Origin: Eledone cirrhosa
Lineage: Eukaryota
DNA length: 64,000 nt
Direction of reading: 5' to 3'
Assembly: GCA_964016885.1 (NCBI GenBank)
Contig: OZ024743.1
Location: 159,216,001 to 159,280,000, forward strand
Below, piece by piece: positions 55,191-64,000 of this stretch. Every line of letters starts with the position of its first letter. The stretch's first letter is position 1. The position numbers and the translations under genes are program-made. A model generated the notes under the pieces. That model worked only from the letters and a program-made list of their open reading frames with translations, did no database searches and had not been told where the DNA came from.

Positions 55191-55883
55191 CCTTTATGAA
55201 ATCATTAATTGGAAAACTATTTAAAAACGAGAGACATATGTTACTGAGACACCACATAAAAAATGAGAAGTAACTGAAAATGAATATGTAGAACAAAAGA
55301 AAAACGTTGAAGTGAGAAAGAAATATAGAGGAAGAACCGAACCTAGTACTGTGCCCGTTACTTTATTCCTTGACCTCAAAACGATGATAGGTAGAGTTGA
55401 CATCGGTGACGTTTGACTGCAGGGCGCATTAAGCTGGAACGTATAAAATAAAGCATTCAATCCGACGATCTAACGATTCTGCCAATCATACTTAGTGCCT
55501 ATACAACATGTATTGAACGGACCATAAACAATACATGAATGAAACCGATTGAAGAACCATCATGCGAGGTATAAAAAAAAAACATGGCCTCAAACATACA
55601 AACTAATGCATTGCGCGTTTTTCTATAGTAAACATAGCCTTACCTACCTACTTATACTATACAGAGCTTTAAGTGCAATAACATCACAGAGAGTAAATGA
55701 TCCCCTGAAACAAATTAATAAAAGTAGCATTTCTAGAAGAACAGAGGGGATAGTGCAAATACTTTTATTGTAAACATCAATTACTGAAAAAAAAAGAGAC
55801 TCTTGGAAGAGAAACAATATTTGAATCTGGCATATATTGATTAATTGAATTGTGACAACTTTGTCAACGTGTAAAGTAGCACC

Positions 55884-56010
55884 TTCTTCTTCTTCTTCTT
55901 CTTCTTCTTCTTCTTCTTCTTCTTCTTCTTCTTCTTCTTCTTCTTCTTCTTCTTCTTCTTCTTCTTCTTCTTCTTCTTCTTCTTCTTCTTCTTCTTCTTC
56001 TTCTTCTTCT
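55884..56010. repeat. (TTC)n trinucleotide microsatellite, ~42 units
   Basis: Seen directly. Confidence 0.98.
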
Positions 56011-56189
56011 AATAGGAAGTTTAGTTTTTACAGCTAACAATTCTAATGGCCAAGTGCAGACGCAAGGACAATACTGAAGATAAGTCAGCATCAACAAGTC
56101 GAAATATCAAATATGTCAAAAATAAATGGTGTTTGGCGAAGAGATGTAGGGATATTGTCGAGTCTTAGCTATGAGACAAAAAGTCTGGT

Positions 56190-57190
56190 ATTCGTTTTGG
56201 ACGCAGCGCAGCCAACCAAATATTCACACTGCGGAAGTTCATCGAGAAATTGTGTGCTTGTTTCGAAGATTTCTCAAAGGCACACAACTGTGTTTCATTG
56301 GACTTGTTGTGGAAGGCTCTGCAGGATTATGGGATTGATGAACAGCTTCTTGTTGCCCTGAGATCTCTATACGAATGCTCTAGAATTTATATTCGTATAC
56401 ATGGTGCTAAGTCGACATAGTACTACTTAACTCGTCGGTAGGCGATTTCTGACATGCACTCGATAAGGTTGCCGTGGAGTGCTGCACAGAAAGAATGAAC
56501 ATCAGTGCAGTGAATACCAAGATACTTGTCCTTTCAAGAAACGGTGCACAGTTTATTCTACATGTTAGTGAAGTTCTATTGAAGCCAGTGTTTGAAATTA
56601 AAGTATTTCGGAGCTGCCTTCACAACCGATGGAAGTCAGAAAACAAATTATGGGCCATAATTGTAGGAGCTAGAGCAGTAAATGCGCCAACTCCAGCATT
56701 CTGGCATCAGAAGGAAGATAGATGTAAAAGCCCCACTCGTTATCTTCAACTCGGGATTCTTGCCAACCCTTACCTATAGTCACGAATCTTAGTTAATGAC
56801 CGAAAGATTACGATTGCGAATTCAAGCGGCCGAAATGGGTTTTTTTCCGAAATGTACTAGGAATAACGTTACTCGATTGTGTGCGTAGCTTGGTGACCAG
56901 GGCGTTTCTACTTTACCTAATTGGGAGGTCACATCTCCAATATTACGGACATGTGGTTAGAATGACTAACGAAATAATCGCTGGTCAGATTTAACGAGCA
57001 AAACCAACCGTCAGGAAACCCAGGGATATATCCTGAGCAAAACATATTGATAACGTCCATGAGCTCAGCTGGTCTTACTTGAGGATCAGGCTGGATAATT
57101 TGGAAACAGTTACTTTGGACAGGTCTCTCTGGAAGGCGTGTTTGAGGTCTACATGACCACATGACCCCCACGAATGAGTGGACAATGAGG
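56190..57190 (+). mobile_element. Expander/Rex3-like RTE LINE 3' half, decayed
   Basis: Start aligns with 24150-24330. Contains LTYSHES..MTERLRLRIQAAEMGF, typical of RTE elements. Confidence 0.8.
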
Positions 57191-57608
57191 AAAAGAAGAT
57201 ACATGGTAAAGGCATCAGGCACGAACACACAGGACTTACACAAACAGACATCCTTATTGAAGAGAGAGCATTTTAAGGTGATTTTACCTAACATGCAAAA
57301 CCAAACTGAACTTATATGAAAATGTTATTGTAGGACAATTGACAATTTTTTTTTATCTGGATGCCTACAAAATATATGCTGCAAATTACAAATACCCGAA
57401 ATACTGTTGTAGATTATATGAAGAATTGATTGCAAATTCAGATACGAAAAATGCTAATTTGAAGAGGGTAAAATTAAACAGAATATCCCCCAAATCATGT
57501 TAGATAAATCGGTTTTACAAAATAAGACAATAAACACACTTAAATATACTTCGGAGTTAATTACCTTAGCACACAGTATACACACACACACATACAAACA
57601 CAGACATA

Positions 57609-57695
<87 letters not shown>

Positions 57696-58470
57696 AAGAT
57701 AAATATAAGAAAAAATATTATAAATGATATTCAAAACAGAGCTAAATGAACAAATAAAGGGAATATGCACAAATATATATTATAATTTTAGTATTCACAA
57801 TTGATAGCGAAGTGAAATAACAAGACTAAACAGAAAATCATAATGACTGTTTTTGAAATACATCACCAAAAACTGACACAGTAAACTATCTATTATGAAT
57901 ACAGAGTGAAAGATATGTTAAGCAACTAGGAGATTCTCAGAAAATCCCTCCAAACTCTTAGTGGCCGATGGCAACTACTGTGGAAATACTTTTGAAGTGT
58001 TGTCCGCGGGGCGTAGCCCCAACATCGCCGCGCCCTAGGCCCAGAGTCGATCAACCCCCTTCTTCTACCCCCCAATTCTTCTGTGACCATAGAGCTCTTG
58101 CTTTTCCCTTCCCTTTCCGTTTTCAAATATTTTTAGTGATTTGTATATATATAAGTTTCTATTAACTATACTCCATTCTTCTTGTATGTAGTTAAGTAAA
58201 TATTTTATAGAAGCTTATGTAGTGAGAAATTTTATGGAATCACAATATAATAAAGGGAGGAGTGCGGGATTGTGTCCTGAATACATTTTCTTATCCCGTT
58301 AGAAAAATAAGTTGGATTACTTTGAATAAATAATGAATGAATATTACATAATTTATGTACTAAATTTCGTAGCTGTTGATTAAACATAAATATTCTAATA
58401 TATAATGTTTGCTTATTTTAAGATTGACTACTTTTAAAATTTTCAAGTATGAATACTTCCGGTTATGATA

Positions 58471-58648
58471 TAATTGTTTCTACTTTTGGCACACGGCCAG
58501 CAATTAACCAGTACATTACTGGTACTTCATTATATCGAACCCGTAAGGGTGAAAGGCAAAGTTAACCTCGACGGGATTTGAGCTCAGACCGTAAAGAGAC
58601 GTAAATATGCTAGAAAGCATAGCGTCCAACCCTCTACCGATACTGCCA
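58471..58648 (-). mobile_element. tRNA-derived SINE, full length with apparent target-site duplication atgatataa
   Basis: Reverse complement of the 5414 copy. atgatataa at 58465-58473 and 58648-58656. Confidence 0.88.
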
Positions 58649-59946
58649 TGATATAACGGACGCTATATCACATCGCTTATATAAGCGTTCACATATTTGC
58701 ATCGTTATATCATAACGTTTATATTTCTGTAGCTAATTTTCTCCTTTTTAGTTTTCATTATATTTGACCGTAATGCAGTTTATATATAATATCGTCTTTT
58801 TAAATGTATCATGGATTACTTTACTGATTACAGAAGAAAGTGTCTGTGCATATTGTCAATTACGATTTTATTTGACGTTACATATCTACATGCATATATA
58901 TTTGCGCATAACATCAATATGCACACTACACATGCTAGCAGAAAACCACCTGCTAGTATATATAACTACGGAGCTAATTTTCAGTAAACCACTCGGCCAT
59001 GTGCCCGTGACAAACAAGTGATTAATCGTACAGCTGATCCCGTCTGCTACATTTTGTTCAACTTAATTGCATTTGTTTACTTCCTCAAATCTGTCCACTA
59101 TGTAGGTATTTTATTATCGTAACTTTTATTATTATAAGTGTATCATTTTTGTCTTTTTTTCTGAAACCATATGGGTTTATTATCTTAAAGTATATGTGTT
59201 GCATAAATAAAATTGACATCATATAATAAAAAAAATAAATAAAAAACAACAAAAGCGTTTAGTAAAGAATAAAATATACTAATACGAATAACTATGAAAT
59301 ATGTACAAAAAACAAAAGAAAAACGAAACAGTGGCTGAGGTAACAGGCAGTTATTGAGGGAATAGAGGAAAAACAACAGAACCTATAATAGAACATTAAA
59401 ATCTAAAACAAAAATTGGTCAATAAATGATCATATTATGATGTCTGTAAAAATACGCTTAAATAGATTTGGTACAGAAAAAATCCTTTGAGATTATAATG
59501 CGCATTGAAAGTGACGATATTCTACGCAAAACAGGATGAATTAGATAAAAAAACAAATCTACTCTACTTTAGAGAGTCAGAATGTATAAGGTTGAGCAGA
59601 GGAACACCACTCTCAGGGAAAAATAATTGTTTCTAAAATAGGGAAAAAAACAGAAATTTAGAAGGAAGAGCTTGTTCGGTAAATCGAACCTATACTTGAC
59701 TGGTATTTTATATGACTGCGTGTGGAAGGATGAAATCCAAATTTAAATTCGATGGCTGGAGGCTTACATATTATCGAGTATGAGAAAACAGGATTAAAAG
59801 AAAAGTAATGAAATGATACTTCCTCATAACTGTACAATAACTTTGAGTAAATAAAATGGTTATTGAATTCAGTCAAACAACAAGAGCAAAAACTACAAGA
59901 ACAACAAAAACAACAATAAAAACAACAACAACAACAATAATAATAA

Positions 59947-60050
59947 TAATTGTTTCTACTTTAGGCTCAAGGCCAGCTATTTGAAGGAGATGGGAAAGTC
60001 GATTAAATCGACCCCAGTGTATTACTGGTGCCTTATTTTATCGACCTGTA
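59947..60050 (-). mobile_element. SINE 3' portion (longer-tail subfamily) beside a (CAA)/(TAA) repeat
   Basis: taattgtttctact..aaggccagc..aagtcgattaaatcgaccccagtgtattactggt..ttttatcgacc. Confidence 0.8.
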
Positions 60051-60899
60051 ATAAACACATTTAAAAAAATACAAATTGCAAACTAAGATGAGGTAAAATT
60101 ACAAATATTATTTCATGGCAACGGACAACGCAAAAAAAAAAGAATCGACTATTTTGCAAATACCATCGTCAAAATCATTCTTTTAACGAACTACTATAAA
60201 ACCCTTGAATTAAATTTAAGATGCTTGATGTGGATTGTCATCACACTGGAAGATTTCAACACCAGGTTCATAAAAACCTGTTATGTGTGTAATGTTTTAT
60301 GGAATTACATACTAAGGTATAATGTATCTGAAGAAACAATTAGGAAGCCACATAATAAAATCCAATGAGAAAAATAATACTTTTCATGAGTTAAAAGACA
60401 TGGAGAACTAATAATCTCTTCTCGCCGCACAAAGAAATACCCATATCGAAGCACTGCAAAACAAAAGGAAAGAAAAATCCACAACAAATATACTTGGAAA
60501 ACAATTCAAATACATGTTAGAAAGTAGAGGTTTTAAAACTTGCACTCACATAAAAAAAAAGGAAAGATCATGTGAAAAGTTTCACTATTTGTTTAATGAG
60601 AAAAATACTTTTCCAACAAATTTTCTTCTTTGATACGTTGTTATTTACAAAATGTTGCTATATTGGAATCTAGTTAACAATACAATTTGTGCAAAAAGAA
60701 ATTCAAAAACATTCACACAAGCGTGCACACAAGCACACACACAAATATGAACATAGATATGTATATGTGTATGCATATATGTATAAACATGTATAATTAT
60801 ATATATATGCATGTAAATCATATATATATATATACATGTAAAGCATACACATACGTACCTCACACGTAGATGAGCGTGAGTCTTTGCATATTTCTTAAC

Positions 60900-60976
60900 A
60901 TATTTACCGACAAATACACACACACACACACATATATAAATTAAAAATATATATATATATATATAAATATAGATAT

Positions 60977-61020
<44 letters not shown>

Positions 61021-61115
61021 AATATATATTTATGTGTGTGTGTTCGTGTGTGTGTATATATATATGTATGTATATATATATGTATATATATATATATATA
61101 TACATATACATACAT

Positions 61116-61175
<60 letters not shown>

Positions 61176-61300
61176 GTATATATATATGTATGTGTGTGTA
61201 TTTTTGCATGAGTTATACAAACACACAAAAGCACACTCACACACACACACACATATATATATTTGTATATATATATATATATATATATAGATAAATATAT
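60900..61300. repeat. Compound TA/CA/TG microsatellite field
   Basis: Seen directly. Confidence 0.92.
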
Positions 61301-62967
61301 ATGAGTAGATGTCCGTGTAAATCTGTGTGTGTGTGTATGTGTGTGTATTGCATTTTGTTTTATAAATTTATACTTCGTGTGAATAACAGAAACAGTATGG
61401 AAATGGGAAGGAAACAATTAAACGAAAATAATATAAGCAGAACAATAATTCATCAAGAATCTAATTAAATTCTCATTTTCCATTCTATTTTATTTATTTA
61501 ACAGAAACGATCGCCCCAGGATGAAAATTTGCAAAGTTAACGGCATGTTTGCCGAAAGCTGAAGGGATCTTGACAGTCTTCTAGCCATCTTAGATTTATA
61601 AATTAACACGGACTTCTTGAGATATAGCCATGGAATGTGAATGTACACAGAGTGGTGCGAAAACGATATAATTGGAGCGAAACAACTTCATTCCAACACA
61701 CACAATTACATACATATATATTTGCATGCAAAAATACATAAATACACACACACACATACATACGTACGTACACACATACGTACATACATACATACATACA
61801 AAAGTACATACATACATACATACATACATACATACATACATGCATACATATACGCATACATTCATATGCACACATAGAGACGTAAACACGCACAGGCACA
61901 TACACAGCTATCTATACACACAGAGATGTGTAATTATGGAATCATTTAGGACATACCACCGTTTACAATCCGACATTTATTAGGCGCGTTTCAAGATTCA
62001 CAATCATTTTAACGCCATTCTGCAATAAACTGTCGGCTTTAAAACACCGATTAATAACACGATGGAAAAGAAATAGTGAATGAAGAGAATCGACCTCAAA
62101 TAAAATAAAAAAAAATAGATACACATGCAATATTCTATACAAGACAATTATTGAGAAATTATTTTTAGTCTTCTAATTACTGGTTCTATGATTGATTCAG
62201 TGATCAATTATAAATATTTACAGCCAATGATATTAAAAGATCATGCAAATTAAAAAAAAAAAGAAAAGCAAACACAAATATTGTCTTAAGATATGACATG
62301 AAAGTGATGGTCATCTTAATGAATAATATCAGTCAAAGTTGAGATTGAGCAGTAATTAGCACAGATTTAACTTAGATAAACATACAGGCATTAAATTGTC
62401 TCCTGATTACATTCCAAAAAGATCTTTTAACTGTTCCATCATATCAATGTGAAATATTTCAATTATGGTAAATAGAATTACATTTAAGGTTTATATACTG
62501 GTCAATCGAAGTACATGGTTGTGTCTTATGATGAAACTAAACCTGTGAAATACGTATCAATTCAAAACTTTAAAGCCCCTTGGATTACAATCTCATAAGA
62601 TAATAATAAAATAATAAAAATAATCTGAAGACATTTCATTGTAACTAAAAACACAAAGAACTCAAAGCACTAGATTAAAGATTACGACCTACGTGTAGAT
62701 TCACAATACATAATACTCTTCTATATTTTTCTTCGATAAGAATGTATATATATATATAGAAAATATATTTTAGACTAGGTAGAAATGGCCTATAACCAAA
62801 CCCATAAAAGAGTAAATATTTTCTGATTTGTAACAAGACAAATACAAAGGTCTGTTACAATGTATTTCAATGAATCTTTTCCTAATACACCAACTATTTC
62901 GCCGTGCATGTACATGCGCTCTACATAACAGTTTTATCGATTTTGAGGCATGGTAATATATATATGC

Positions 62968-63019
<52 letters not shown>

Positions 63020-63166
63020 TAATAAAAACAATGAATAAAAACAAAGAAAACAGTTCCTTATATTAAAATATTCATCATTTACGATCGTTTCTAGGATATA
63101 TATGTGTGTGTTGGTATGTATATCATATAGATCTATGTAAAAATGTTACAAACTATCAGATGAAAT

Positions 63167-63239
63167 ATACATACCTACACATATATATGCTGTCTTCAGA
63201 AATAATCTGAAGACAGCATATATATGTGTAGGTATGTAT
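63167..63239. repeat. Perfect inverted repeat, 34-bp arms with 5-nt loop
   Basis: atacatacctacacatatatatgctgtcttcaga-aataa-tctgaagacagcatatatatgtgtaggtatgtat. Confidence 0.95.
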
Positions 63240-63856
63240 TTTATATATATATGTGTGTGTGTATGTGTGTGTCTGTCTGTCTATCGGTGTGTGTGTGTGT
63301 GTAAGGAGTATGTTTGGTTGAATTACATCCGAACCTTTGAGCCGAAGGAGAAACAGAAGTAATAAGCTTTCCATTTCATTACAACATGCTTTCTGTTTTC
63401 TCAATAAGTCTCTTGATATAAAGATTTCTGGGAATTATTGCGATATTCTTCAATGACTGTGTAATAGGATCTATCTCCATTCCCTATTTCACGTATCTCA
63501 AAAAGACTAGAGTGCACCACCGGTTACAAATAGCTGGGGGAGGGTATTATCCTTACACGATGACAAATGTGAGAATGACTACTCAAGTAGAGTTTAATAT
63601 ACTATATTGTAACTAAGTGATGAGTCTTGTTACTCTGAGAAATCACCTTTGTATTCACAGGGTCGTCAAATAAAAATCTTGTCTGATATCCCTGAGTATA
63701 CACATTATACACATGTGAAACAGTAAAAAATGCATCACTTAATTATAATAAAGATTAGATAAACTCTACTTCGGTATTGAGTACTCGTTCTCACGTTTGT
63801 CAACATCACATGGATAAAACGTAGCCGTAATAAAGAATATAATATGATATAACATG

Positions 63857-63890
<34 letters not shown>

Positions 63891-64000
63891 TGTCTGTGTG
63901 TGTTCGAGTGTGCGCATGTGTATAAAACAACGCAAATGGTACTAGGGAAACATATCGTCAATTGTGCACCCAACCAACATCCAAACTTTAAAATGTTTCC

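Noticed and set aside
55852-56097. Poly-Ser / poly-Arg ORFs
   Set aside because: Translation of the (TTC)n tract.

Overview
AT-rich eukaryotic genomic DNA, probably an octopod cephalopod (inferred from a tRNA-derived SINE resembling Octopus OR-type SINEs and dense TA/CA/GA microsatellites). I cannot support any intact host gene, rRNA, tRNA or CRISPR array. Most listed ORFs are microsatellite translations or decayed retroelement pieces. Recognisable elements are R4/Dong-like RLE non-LTR remnants, RTE-clade LINE remnants, a Tx1/L1-like LINE, several Penelope-like elements (PLEs; RT and/or GIY-YIG), many SINE copies and fold-back repeats. The main unannotated signal is about ten type I hammerhead ribozyme (HHR) motifs, intact or decayed, in several unrelated small elements, mostly lying in or beside (TA)n tracts. 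They include a non-coding head-to-tail repeat with HHRs 462 nt apart (retrozyme-like), a fold-back element with an HHR at each end, HHRs with long stem II insertions, and a PLE whose inverted terminal repeat stops at the predicted cleavage site. All folds were assigned by eye; ribozyme activity is inferred, not shown.
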